NCBI GenBank assembly: GCA_044229845.1 | Contig: JBGASG010000007.1 | Location: 221,844 to 285,843 of the forward strand | Length of the DNA: 64,000 nucleotides | From: Candidatus Obscuribacteraceae bacterium | GTDB lineage: Bacteria; Cyanobacteriota; Vampirovibrionia; Obscuribacterales; Obscuribacteraceae | Reading direction: 5' to 3' | Shown: in pieces, positions 10,265-19,921 of the stretch | Position numbering within the stretch: position 1 is the first letter of the stretch | Layout: the number at the start of each line of letters is the position of its first letter | The notes under the pieces: generated by a model | Databases searched by the model: none | The model's input: the letters and a program-made list of their open reading frames with translations, nothing else | Told to the model about the DNA's origin: nothing | Translations under genes and position numbers: made by a program

Positions 10265-13050
10265 TTGAAAACGCTGTACTTGTATGTGCACACCCACTGG
10301 GACCGCGAGTGGTATCTACCATTCGAAGGGTTTCGAACCTCTCTGGTCGATGTCGCCAGGCGTATCGTCCGCGACCTGAAAATCGGGCAGCTGCCACATT
10401 TTTATTTCGATGGGCAGTCTGTAATTTTCGAGGATATCCTAGAAATCGCTCCTCAGTATGCGGAACAGTTTCGGCAGCTGATGAGCGAGGGAAGGCTGTC
10501 GGCCGGACCCTGGTATGTGCTTGCGGATCAGATGCTGGTGGGTGGAGAGAGTCTGGTGCGCAACCTGCACATCGGACTGAAGGAAACTTCCCGATACGGC
10601 ACGCCCAGCAAAATCGGCTACTGTCCGGATACGTTTGGTCATTCGCAGGATTTGCCGCGCATCCTGTCCGGGTTTGGCATCCTGTCGACCGTGATCTGGC
10701 GAGGTGTGCCCAGACTGGATTCGCCGGTATTTTGGTGGCAGAGCCCCGACGGCAGCCGCGTTCTCGCTTATCATTTGACCAACGGTTATTACCAGACTGG
10801 TTTTCACGAACTGGGCGGTGAACCGGGAGGCGCTGCGGTGGCAGCTGGGGCAGCAGCTAAGCGCGGTGCGTTGGAAGCAGCGAAAGACGGGTTGAAGAAA
10901 CTGACTAACGAACTGCGTTCGTGGGTGGAAGTCGGCGATGGAGACAATGGGCATATAAGTCCTTATTGCAGCCTTGTGGATGGCGCTCTGCATCCGGTCG
11001 GAGCCGATCACTGTGCGCCGCCGTTCAATTTCGCCAGTACTGTCGAGAAGATCAATCAAGCTCTGTCCGCCGACAAGGTGCCACTGAAGGCGGTATCATG
11101 TAGCTTGACCGAGTATTTGGAGCGCGTGCAGACCGCTCTGGAGAAACACAAAGTGCGGGTTGGACTTCTGGAGGGCGAGATGCGCGACAACAGCGCCGCC
11201 AAGCAGTATGCCCGCAGCTATTTATTGTACGGAGTGCTGAGCACGCGGCTTTATTTGAAGCGCGCAAATCGACTGGCGGAATACAAATTGAGTCGTCTCT
11301 GGGAACCACTGCTCTCTTCGCTGCACGTCCGGAAGAAGCTGGCGTATCCAGGTCAGGAGCTGCGTTTTGCCTGGAAGCTGCTGCTCAAAAATCATCCGCA
11401 CGACAGCATTTGTGGTTGCAGCGTCGACGCCGTTCACGATGAGATGATGGTGCGTTTCTCACGGCTGGATCAGCTACTGTCCGTGATTGAAAAGGCTGCC
11501 GAGAACGCCAGTGCAGGGAAGACTGAATCCAAAAGCCGGGTCAGCGGCTGCCTGTATCGGACCTGGTGCAACTGGAAGCGCGCGAGCCTTGCGATCAGCT
11601 CTTCGCCGGCTGGGGAGAAGTGCCGTATTACAAGCTGGTAGACGGCTGTCAGGGATGGGTGTGGGCTCAAGATGTTCCTGCTCACGGCAGTCGCAGTATT
11701 TCTTGGCCCGCTGAAAAGCCGGCTGCCGCACGGGCAGAAAAGAAACGGCATGCAGGCGCCGGGAACCCGGCACCGCCTGCTGTGCCCGTTTCGAAGGCGC
11801 ACGGTCGAGCCATGTCCAACGGACTCTTGCATCTTTCGGTCGAAGGGGACGGTACGCTAGTTGTCACCAGTACTTTACCGGGTCGCGCCGTCCACAGTTA
11901 TCGCCTGGCACACAAGCTGCGTGATACCGGCGACGGTGGCGACAGCTATAATTATGATCCGCTGCCGCGCGACAAGCCACTTTATGCTCGCTTTGAATCG
12001 GTGAATGTCAAACGGCGGGGTCCCCTGGTTTCTACACTGGAGATCACTTATTCGCTGGACATTCCAGAAGGGATTGTAGAGCCGGAGCGCCTGCAGTCGT
12101 CGTCGCATAAAGCGCCGGTCTCGAAGGCACCGTCGTTCAGGCGGTCGCGTACGCGCGTCAGCCACAAGATCACTACTGAGGTTTCGCTCTACCGCGGGCT
12201 GCCGATTGTTTTCTTCAACACCAGATGGAACAATCAAGCTCGAGACCACAGGCTGGAGGTGGTGTTCGATACAGGCAGCCCTGTGCATACCTCGCACTCG
12301 GAAAATCACTTCAGCCTGGTGAGGCGCTCGCATTTTGCGTCGCCTCGGGGCAAATCACCGCTAAGCGAACTGCCGGTTGCCGAGGCTACTGAAGCGGTTC
12401 CCGATCGTTTTCCGTGCCAGCGATTCTTCATCGCCAACGGGCAGCTATTCTTGAACAGTGGATTACCCGAATACGGAGTCGAACGCAGCACTGTCACCTA
12501 CACGGTATTGCGTGCCATGTCGTACCTGTCGCGTCCGCGACTGCGGACTCGCGGTGGTGGTGCTGGTCCAAGCTTGCCCGTCCCAGGCTCTAATTGTCTG
12601 GGCGAAAATTTGGTTTCCTACGGGTGGGCACCGCTATCGGTGCCGAAGCGAGCCGGTTCCAATGACTTACTCACAGACGAGCTGATTGTTGAGGCCTGCT
12701 CGCTTGCCGAACAATATGAAGGCTCCCTCTATCCATTGCTCGAGCGGGGTGATGCGGGAGAGCCCGATCGGCTCTACTTGTTGGATAATCCGGCGGTGCG
12801 CTGCGTCGCGCAGTTCGTGGAGGACGACGGGCGTACTCTAGTCTTGCGGTTGCTGAATGTTGCGCAGAGCAAACAGAAGGTGCGGATAAATCCGCGGTTT
12901 CGTTTTCAATCTGCGGCAGCTTGTTGGTTGAATCTGGAAGTTATCTCTCCGGTCGTTTTCAACAATGATCAGGCGGAACTGCATTTCGGAGCGAACGAAT
13001 TGAAGACTCTGCGCTTTGCGCTGAGCGAACCGGCGACTTGCGAAAACTAG
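10265..13050 (+). pseudogene. GH38 alpha-mannosidase family gene split into two frames (10265-11641 and 11566-13050)
   Basis: HTHWDREWY, GYCPDTFGHS and HPHDSICGCS in ORF1; GDGGDSYNY and NQARDHRL C-terminal domain in ORF2; frame change near 11527-11566. Confidence 0.75.
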
Positions 13051-13094
13051 AAACCCTGGAACGCGAACTAGACTGGGACTGAGGATATGTTGGG

Positions 13095-13577
13095 ATGGAC
13101 TATGTTTGGAACCCGTGGCGCTGGGCTTACATTTCCGGGAAGGAGAGAAAACGGGGCTGCGTCTTTTGCGACCTGCCGAAGGAGAACAAGGACGACGAGC
13201 ATTTCATTCTCCATCGCGCAAGACTCTCCTACATCATCCTGAACATTTTTCCGTATACCAGCGGGCATCTGATGATCGTTCCGTTCGAACATCAATCTTC
13301 ACTGGCAGAACTGCCGGATGACACGACCAACGAGATGATGAATCTGGCAAAAATTTCTCAGCGGGCACTGGCTGAGGAGTACAAGCCGGACGGCTTCAAC
13401 ATTGGCATGAATCTAGGCGCGGCGGCTGGTGCAGGCATTGCGCAGCATGTGCATTTACACGCCGTTCCTCGCTGGATTGGCGATGGCAATTTCATGTCGG
13501 TAATTGGTGAAACTCGCATGTTGCCTGAGTCTTTAGAGAACACTCTGCAGCGACTCAAGCCATACTTTCAGGCTTGA
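13095..13577 (+). CDS. HIT family protein (Ap4A phosphorylase-like)
   Basis: PWRWAYI, CVFC, FPYTSGHLM and HVHLHAVPRW motifs. Confidence 0.9.
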   Translation: MDYVWNPWRWAYISGKERKRGCVFCDLPKENKDDEHFILHRARLSYIILNIFPYTSGHLMIVPFEHQSSLAELPDDTTNEMMNLAKISQRALAEEYKPDGFNIGMNLGAAAGAGIAQHVHLHAVPRWIGDGNFMSVIGETRMLPESLENTLQRLKPYFQA

Positions 13578-13632
13578 TATCCAAGTGATATGTGCTACTG
13601 TAGGTGGTGCCCTCTTCTAGAAAGAGCACGCA

Positions 13633-14202
13633 TTGGTCCTCAAAGATCGTGACATTCGGCAAGCTCTGCACAAGAGCGAAATCGTCCGTATTGTCGAGGC
13701 CGATCCAACCAGCTTGGTGCTCGACGAACTCGGTATCTTCCAGGGCAAGTATCGCATCGATGTCGCGGTGGTCAACGGACAATTGACCGGTTTTGAGATA
13801 AAAAGCGCTGCCGATACTCTGGAGCGGCTACCCAAGCAGCAAAAGTTCTACAGTCAGGTCTTTGATCGCATCACACTGGTGGCGGACGAACGGCACGTGG
13901 TGGAAGCAATGAAAATCGTTCCACCCTGGTGGGGACTAATGGTTGCCACCACTCGTGATGGCGAGCCTGTGGTCGAGGAGATCTGGCGCTCGCGCCAGAA
14001 CCAGTCGGTCGATCCGTTTGCTCTTTGTCAACTGCTCTGGCGCGAGGAAGCCCTGGCGATTTTGCGTAAGAAGAAAAGGGCTGCAGATTTGCGCTCACGC
14101 TCCCGAAAGCTCATGTGGAAACGTTTGGCCAGCGAGCTGGAGCTCGAAGAGCTAAAATATCTGGTTCTCAACACGCTCAAATTCCGCACAGATTGGCGCT
14201 GA
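13633..14202 (+). CDS. sce7726-like PD-(D/E)XK-fold protein
   Basis: ELGI...RIDVAVVNGQLTGFEIKSAADTLERLPKQ...YSQVFD signature. Confidence 0.7.
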   Translation: MVLKDRDIRQALHKSEIVRIVEADPTSLVLDELGIFQGKYRIDVAVVNGQLTGFEIKSAADTLERLPKQQKFYSQVFDRITLVADERHVVEAMKIVPPWWGLMVATTRDGEPVVEEIWRSRQNQSVDPFALCQLLWREEALAILRKKKRAADLRSRSRKLMWKRLASELELEELKYLVLNTLKFRTDWR

Positions 14203-14249
14203 AGCCTCTTCAGGAAGCCAAGACAACACCTGATAGCGGAGGTCACCAA

Positions 14250-14277
14250 AGATCTCAACCGATATCGGTTGAGATCT
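14250..14277. repeat. palindromic repeat, copy 4 (core 14257-14270)
   Basis: 28-bp perfect palindrome agatctcAACCGATATCGGTTgagatct. Confidence 0.95.
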
Positions 14278-14358
14278 CGAGGGAACTGTAGAGCCGTGCC
14301 GGTGGTCAAGGGTAGAAATTGCGGGGAATTTGCTCGTCGGGGCAAAAGAGGCGGTGCT

Positions 14359-14859
14359 GTGTCGATTCCGGATGTGATAGAGCCTCAGAAGCTCGATGAC
14401 TACTTGGAGATCATGACCCGGGCTGTATTTCAGGCTGGAGTCAGCTGGGCGCTGGTGGATAAGAAGTGGGCTGCATTTCGTAAGGCATTTGCCGACTTTG
14501 ATGTGGAGCGAGTTTCGAGGTTCGACGAGGACGATATGAAGCGTCTGTGTGAAGACGAAGGCATTCTGCGCAGCAAGAAGAAAATCCAGGCCACTGTCGA
14601 GAACGCTCAAATCATGAGGGAGTTGGACAAAGAGCACGGAAGTTTTTCCGCGTATCTTCATTCATTCGCATCCTATGAAGCTCTGAGCAACGACATACGG
14701 CGGCGTTTCCGCTTCGTCGGTGAGTTGAGCGTCTACTACATGCTGTTTCGCGTTGGTGAGCCGGTGCCACCATTTGATGCGTGGGTACGGACGATTCCTG
14801 GAGACCACCCGCGCATGCGGGAGATGGTTGAGCAGGCTGAACGCGCGAAGAAGCCCTGA
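14359..14859 (+). CDS. DNA-3-methyladenine glycosylase I family protein
   Basis: FQAGVSWALVDKKWAAFRKAFADFD, ILRSKKKIQATVENA and FRFVG motifs. Confidence 0.85.
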   Translation: MSIPDVIEPQKLDDYLEIMTRAVFQAGVSWALVDKKWAAFRKAFADFDVERVSRFDEDDMKRLCEDEGILRSKKKIQATVENAQIMRELDKEHGSFSAYLHSFASYEALSNDIRRRFRFVGELSVYYMLFRVGEPVPPFDAWVRTIPGDHPRMREMVEQAERAKKP

Positions 14860-14984
14860 GTTCAGGATTTTAGGAGGGTTCGCCGGGCTGTCGCTGCTTT
14901 GCTTGTCGACGGGCATAAGAAATTGGTGCAATTAGCACAAGCGCCGTACAATGACGTTAGGTCTGATTGAGGACAGGAAAGTTT

Positions 14985-15902
14985 ATGCGTCGTCTGCTGT
15001 TTCATCTGAGCTTGGTTGCGGCCATTGCTGGAGTTTCGTCCATGCTGCCCGCGGCGGCCGGCAGCAAGAAATCCAAATGGGCGGACTCGCCGCTGGCAGC
15101 TGAACAACAAGCCCAGATGACGAAAGCGACCAAAGCTATGCGCTCGGGTAAGTACGAGCGCGCTGAGGGCTATGTTCTACAGACGCTTGATTCCAGCTCG
15201 GACGTCGCGAAGTGCCTGGCGATTGCCGACGCAACGGAGGGCACCGCCTATCCCATGCTGGAAGCCCGTCGTAAGTGTTTGAACAAAGCGCTCGGTCTTT
15301 GCTCAACTCGCGAGGATTTTATTCTAGTGGCGCTGAGAGCGCGTAAGTATCAGTTTTTCGAAGTAACCCGTGCGTGCGTCACGGCACTGATAAAAAACGC
15401 GCGCACAGTCAGCGACTTGTACGATCTGGCGCACAAATCCCAAGAGGTTGCTCTCAACGACATATCTCACCTGGCGATGGAAAAGGCCTACACCGGCATC
15501 AAGACTGTGCCGGATGCGGTCAGGTTTGCCACCGAGGCTAAGTCGCTTGGCATGGAAGATCTGCAGCGCAAAACCGTCAAAGATTTGATTGATGACGAGG
15601 ACGATACGCGCAATCTTTGCGAATTGCTTTTGCAAATTGAGCCGATTCTGCAGCGCGATCAATTGCGCTATTTGCTGAAGAAAGCTCTGGATAAAGCGAC
15701 CTCCGTCGGTCATATGGAGGATATTCGGGACTTGTCCAGGCGCTTTAATGAGCCCGATATCGCCAATCGAGCTGCGTTCTTTGCCCGCAAGGGTCGGCTC
15801 ATGCAAGAACAGAAAGACGCAGCGGGAGGCGCCAACTCGGCAGACCGGTTCGGTCCATCGGGAGCGGCGGCACCTGGACAAACGCAGGGAAGCGGCTTTT
15901 AA
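14985..15902 (+). CDS. secreted alpha-helical repeat hypothetical protein
   Basis: Signal peptide, RBS, and recurring helical motifs (KAL..A). Confidence 0.7.
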   Translation: MRRLLFHLSLVAAIAGVSSMLPAAAGSKKSKWADSPLAAEQQAQMTKATKAMRSGKYERAEGYVLQTLDSSSDVAKCLAIADATEGTAYPMLEARRKCLNKALGLCSTREDFILVALRARKYQFFEVTRACVTALIKNARTVSDLYDLAHKSQEVALNDISHLAMEKAYTGIKTVPDAVRFATEAKSLGMEDLQRKTVKDLIDDEDDTRNLCELLLQIEPILQRDQLRYLLKKALDKATSVGHMEDIRDLSRRFNEPDIANRAAFFARKGRLMQEQKDAAGGANSADRFGPSGAAAPGQTQGSGF

Positions 15903-16104
15903 AGCCAGCACACTGCCCGAACTCCGCTGGACCCTGGCCGCGCGTACTGGCGCCAGTGTGGCTGACGAAGGCGTGGATTTTGCTGCAACTCGTCCGGTTC
16001 GTCTAGGCTAGGGCGCGCATACACAAACGCCTGACGATGGCGTTCCTGCAATGAATTCAGCGCTTCCTGCGGAGCGACTCTGGAGGCGCGGACTTGCTGA
16101 TCGG

Positions 16105-16482
16105 CTACGCGTCGTTCAGTCGTTCTGCCATCGCCATCAGCGAGGACGGCTCTAGATTGAGCGCCCAGGCCAGGCGACAAACATTTTTGAACGACAGACT
16201 GCGGCAGCCGCGTTCGATGTCACTAATGTAGGTCCTGTGCAGTCCCGAGATTGTAGAGAGCTGCTCTTGGGACATCGACAAGCTGGCCCGCTGTTTGGCT
16301 ACCGCCTTGCCGAGCAGCTTGACCATTAGTTGGGCACTGCTAACGGTGCTGTCGCCGTTATGAGTTGGATCACCGGTCATGATCTCATCGACGGGGGCTG
16401 CATCCCCGCCTGTCATACCCTCAGTGATGGCTCGTGTCGTGCCGGTTTCTGGCGTGTGATCTTCCTTACTCAACGAAAACAA
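16105..16482 (-). CDS. XRE-family HTH regulator
   Basis: MSQEQLSTISGLHRTYISDIERGCRSLS HTH_3 pattern; start uncertain. Confidence 0.8.
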   Translation of the reverse strand: MFSLSKEDHTPETGTTRAITEGMTGGDAAPVDEIMTGDPTHNGDSTVSSAQLMVKLLGKAVAKQRASLSMSQEQLSTISGLHRTYISDIERGCRSLSFKNVCRLAWALNLEPSSLMAMAERLNDA

Positions 16483-16764
16483 ATTCTGAACCCTCCCGAA
16501 AACCTAGCAACAAGTTTTCGAGCTACCCCTGAATCCATTCTTCTACAAAGTCAGCTCGTTGTGAAGGGGGCGAAACCGTTAGCCTACAGGGATCAGAGTT
16601 TGTTCAAAGCCAACATGAGAGGATGCGAAGGGACTGATGCCAGAGCGGCAAGTTCAATATGTGTGCAGCTTTGCGCTTCTTATCCAGTTGTCGATGCATA
16701 TTTTAGAATGCGCCCTAAATCATCTGCTTATTGATCTGGCTGCGACGGCTCAGTCTGCGACGTC

Positions 16765-17547
16765 TCAATGGAAAGCCAGCGCGGTGAGAAACACTCCACC
16801 TGCTTCGGCGATCTCCACGGCAAATCCATACGTGTCGCCCGTTTGACCGCCCAGCAAAGCTTGAACAAAGTAGCAGGCAGCCAATCCGCAGGTGATGCAA
16901 GCCAGCGCACACGCTGCCGGCAACCAGCTGTGCAGTGTGATGGTCAAAAGAGCTGTCGCCGCCACCGGCAAGGCTGCCGCGATCAGTACATCGCGTGGAA
17001 AAACGGTGGTGTCGTGCCAAATTTTGCCCATGCCGGCGGGGCGGGCGTAGTCGAAGGCGCCGATGGCGTAGGTTTCGCACCACCTGGACCAGGCGGGCAC
17101 CAGCAGCAAGACAGACCATGCCTGGTGTTGGAACAGAACCAAAAGAGCCGCGCACTTGAGCAGCACCACTGCCAGTGCGGCGATCACAGCGAAATTGCCG
17201 CTGCGGCTGTCACGCATGATTTCCAGCATGCGCTCGCGTGAACGGTGGGAAAATACACCATCTGCGGTGTCCAGCAGTCCATCAAAATGAATACCGCCGG
17301 TGATCAACAGCCAGGAGAGCCAGATAGAAACGCATGCCAGAACTGCGTTGGCGTGAAGCTCCTTCAGTCCAAAGAATATCGCACATAGAATCGCGCCAAT
17401 CAGGAGCCCAACGGCAGGCAGGTAGACGGATAATCCAGAAAGGCTGTCGGTGTCGGACGTCTCAGCGGTTCCATCATCGCTGTGCCGGCAAAGTGGCAGG
17501 CAAGTGACAAATGACAGGCAAGTCAAAAATTTTGCGATGCAGTTCAT
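16765..17547 (-). CDS. cobS: adenosylcobinamide-GDP ribazoletransferase (cobalamin synthase)
   Basis: TGGIHFDGLLDTADG, RMLEIMRDSRSG and GGQTGDTYG motifs. Confidence 0.92.
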   Translation of the reverse strand: MNCIAKFLTCLSFVTCLPLCRHSDDGTAETSDTDSLSGLSVYLPAVGLLIGAILCAIFFGLKELHANAVLACVSIWLSWLLITGGIHFDGLLDTADGVFSHRSRERMLEIMRDSRSGNFAVIAALAVVLLKCAALLVLFQHQAWSVLLLVPAWSRWCETYAIGAFDYARPAGMGKIWHDTTVFPRDVLIAAALPVAATALLTITLHSWLPAACALACITCGLAACYFVQALLGGQTGDTYGFAVEIAEAGGVFLTALAFH

Positions 17548-17593
17548 AATGATTCGTCAGGGCAGCGTGATTTGATCAGGAAGCGTGATTTCT

Positions 17594-18928
17594 TCAGGGC
17601 ACTTCAGCTGTGTATTCCGGGCGTTCGGCGATGTTTTCCTGATTGCCGACGATCAAGAGTTTTTTCTTGGGACTGAAGTAGTCTGCCAAATCGGCGGTAT
17701 GCCGAATGAAGTTAGGATTGGATTCCAGCGCTGAGCAGCGTATTAAAAGCTGATCGACCAGCGCGGCCATGGCCTCGTCTGGCAGCGAGAGCGCGCCTCG
17801 ATCACTGGCATGATACTCCAGCAGCTCCTGGTGCCACGGCAAGTCGCAGTCCGGTTGCAGGTGTGCCACTATATCTGGTGTGATTGGTAACGGCGAGTTA
17901 TTGGGAATGCCATAGGCGAAAAGAACCCGGTAGCCGTCGTTGCGTGTCAACATTCGAAATGAATCGATCAGTTCTTCGCCCCAGGCAATCACAAGCAGAG
18001 TGCGGTCCAGGCGGCTGAAGTCGCTGATCGCCTCGACTGGCAGGTCCAGGAGACGCCCCAGTGCCTCGGCCAGCGGCCGGGCGCTGTGCGAATGATATTC
18101 GATCATGTCGAACTCCATTCCGACGGCATCCATGGCGCCGCGCATTGAAAGCACCGCTTCTGCCACCTTCGACATCTCACTGCCGGCGGTATCAGCGTGC
18201 GCGATGCCCGAGAGGGAGAGATCTTCGAGCAGCAATCCACCGTAGAGAATGAAAAACCAGTCGCGGGCATTCAGCGAAGGCTTGCTGGAGAGGAGTTCGA
18301 GGCGGCGCAGACTGAGCTTGCGATTGGCCAGCTCTTTCTGAATTTCGTCTTTGCCGCCGACGCTGGCGGTATCGGTGGTTTCGGACAGCTCCACAAGGCG
18401 TTCTAGATGATGCCTGGCTTTTTGCGCATCGCGTTTCAATGTATAGCACACTGAAATATTCAGATGAGTGTCGAAGTCTTCCGCCAGCGCCAGAGCTTTC
18501 TCAAAATGCGGCAGTGCCTCGTCGAACTTCCTGACGGCCATCAGGGCGAACCCTAGCTCGTAGCGGATCACCGGTTCGTCCGGACAAACGCGCACCGCAT
18601 AATCGAGCAACATGGCGGCCAGCTGGAACTGGCGCTCATCGATCAACTGATAACCTGTATCAAAGAGTAGTTGCGGACTGGATTCCAGAACATTGTCTGT
18701 GGCGGCGAACTTAAGCAGCTGTTCTGCCAGAGGGGCCCGTCCTGACTGTTCGACGATGCGGGCCAAAAGACGAACAGCTTGCATGTCTTCGGGGTGCGAC
18801 AGCCAGTAACCGCGTGCTAAGTCGAAACTACCCGTGGTGTCACCGGCGGACAGCATTTCCTCAGCCCGTTTCAGTGTTTGTCCGCCGGTTAAAGCCGGCA
18901 GACTGTTGCCGGCAGTGGTATCGTCCAT
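17594..18928 (-). CDS. TPR-repeat protein
   Basis: TPR-like YELGFALMAVRKFDEALPHFEKALALA. Confidence 0.7.
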   Translation of the reverse strand: MDDTTAGNSLPALTGGQTLKRAEEMLSAGDTTGSFDLARGYWLSHPEDMQAVRLLARIVEQSGRAPLAEQLLKFAATDNVLESSPQLLFDTGYQLIDERQFQLAAMLLDYAVRVCPDEPVIRYELGFALMAVRKFDEALPHFEKALALAEDFDTHLNISVCYTLKRDAQKARHHLERLVELSETTDTASVGGKDEIQKELANRKLSLRRLELLSSKPSLNARDWFFILYGGLLLEDLSLSGIAHADTAGSEMSKVAEAVLSMRGAMDAVGMEFDMIEYHSHSARPLAEALGRLLDLPVEAISDFSRLDRTLLVIAWGEELIDSFRMLTRNDGYRVLFAYGIPNNSPLPITPDIVAHLQPDCDLPWHQELLEYHASDRGALSLPDEAMAALVDQLLIRCSALESNPNFIRHTADLADYFSPKKKLLIVGNQENIAERPEYTAEVP

Positions 18929-18932
18929 GGTG

Positions 18933-19820
18933 CTAGGCCGTAATCAACTCTTCGGCCAATTCGCCGGCGTGATAAGAACTGCGGACCAGCGGCCCTGAAT
19001 GCACCTGGCGGAACCCGAGACCAGTCCCGATGTCGGCCAATTCGGCAAATTCTTCAGGAGTTACGTAGCGATGCACCGGGAGGTTGTTGCGTGTCGGGCG
19101 CAGGTATTGCCCAAGGGTGAGGATGTCGCAACCCACCTGGCGCAGGTCCTGCATCACCGCCACAATTTCGTCTTTCGACTCGCCCAGTCCAAGCATCAAA
19201 CCAGACTTAGTCAGCAGCGCCGTATCCAACTCCTTGCAGATTTCCAAAACCCGCAGTGACCGCTCGTAAATCGAGCCCGGACGCACCCGTTTGTAAAGGC
19301 GCGGCACTGTTTCTACATTATGGTTGTAGACCGCGGGATGGGCTGCCACCACCGTGGCAATTGCGTCACGCTTGCCTTGAAAGTCGGGCGTTAGAACTTC
19401 CACAACCACTCCCGGAATCCCTTCGTAAAGCGCGGTAATTGTGCGGGCAAAGTGGTTGGATCCTTGATCCGGAAGCTCATCCCGATTGACTGAGGTCAGT
19501 ACCACGTGGCGCAGCCCCATTTGGCGAGCGGCTTCCACGATGCGCAATGGTTCGGTGTCGTCAAGCGGCTCCGGCTTGCCTTTGTTGACCGCACAGAACT
19601 TGCAGGTGCGAGTGCAGACCTCTCCCATAAGCATGAAAGTAGCAGTGCGTTTAGCCCAGCACTCGCCTTTGTTCGGGCAACGTCCGCTTTCGCATATGGT
19701 ATTCAGTCCCTGCTCTTTGAGAATTTTGCGTACCGAGCGATTTTCCTCGGTATTTAGCACAGTGCGTCGCACCCAATCGGGCAACCGCTCGGTGGTGCCG
19801 GAAACCGGCTTCTCGTCCAT
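18933..19820 (-). CDS. lipA: lipoyl synthase
   Basis: CX4CX5C (CESGRCPNKGEC), radical-SAM CTRTCKFC, and C-terminal RSSYHA. Confidence 0.96.
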   Translation of the reverse strand: MDEKPVSGTTERLPDWVRRTVLNTEENRSVRKILKEQGLNTICESGRCPNKGECWAKRTATFMLMGEVCTRTCKFCAVNKGKPEPLDDTEPLRIVEAARQMGLRHVVLTSVNRDELPDQGSNHFARTITALYEGIPGVVVEVLTPDFQGKRDAIATVVAAHPAVYNHNVETVPRLYKRVRPGSIYERSLRVLEICKELDTALLTKSGLMLGLGESKDEIVAVMQDLRQVGCDILTLGQYLRPTRNNLPVHRYVTPEEFAELADIGTGLGFRQVHSGPLVRSSYHAGELAEELITA

Positions 19821-19844
19821 CGTTTCTCTCCATAACCGGCCAGA

Positions 19845-19872
19845 AAATCTCAACCGATATCGGTTGGGTTTC
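19845..19872. repeat. palindromic repeat, copy 5 (core 19852-19865)
   Basis: aaatctc-AACCGATATCGGTT-gggtttc, 31 bp upstream of the lipA ATG. Confidence 0.95.
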
Positions 19873-19921
19873 GCCGTTCCTAGTCAAGGTCATTATTGTA
19901 CGCGCCCGCGCCCGGAAAAGC

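Noticed and set aside
17557..17601. Degenerate ~18-bp direct repeat (tcagg..agcgtgattt) upstream of cobS
   Set aside because: Two imperfect units overlapping a stop codon; most likely a local duplication, and too short for a cobalamin riboswitch
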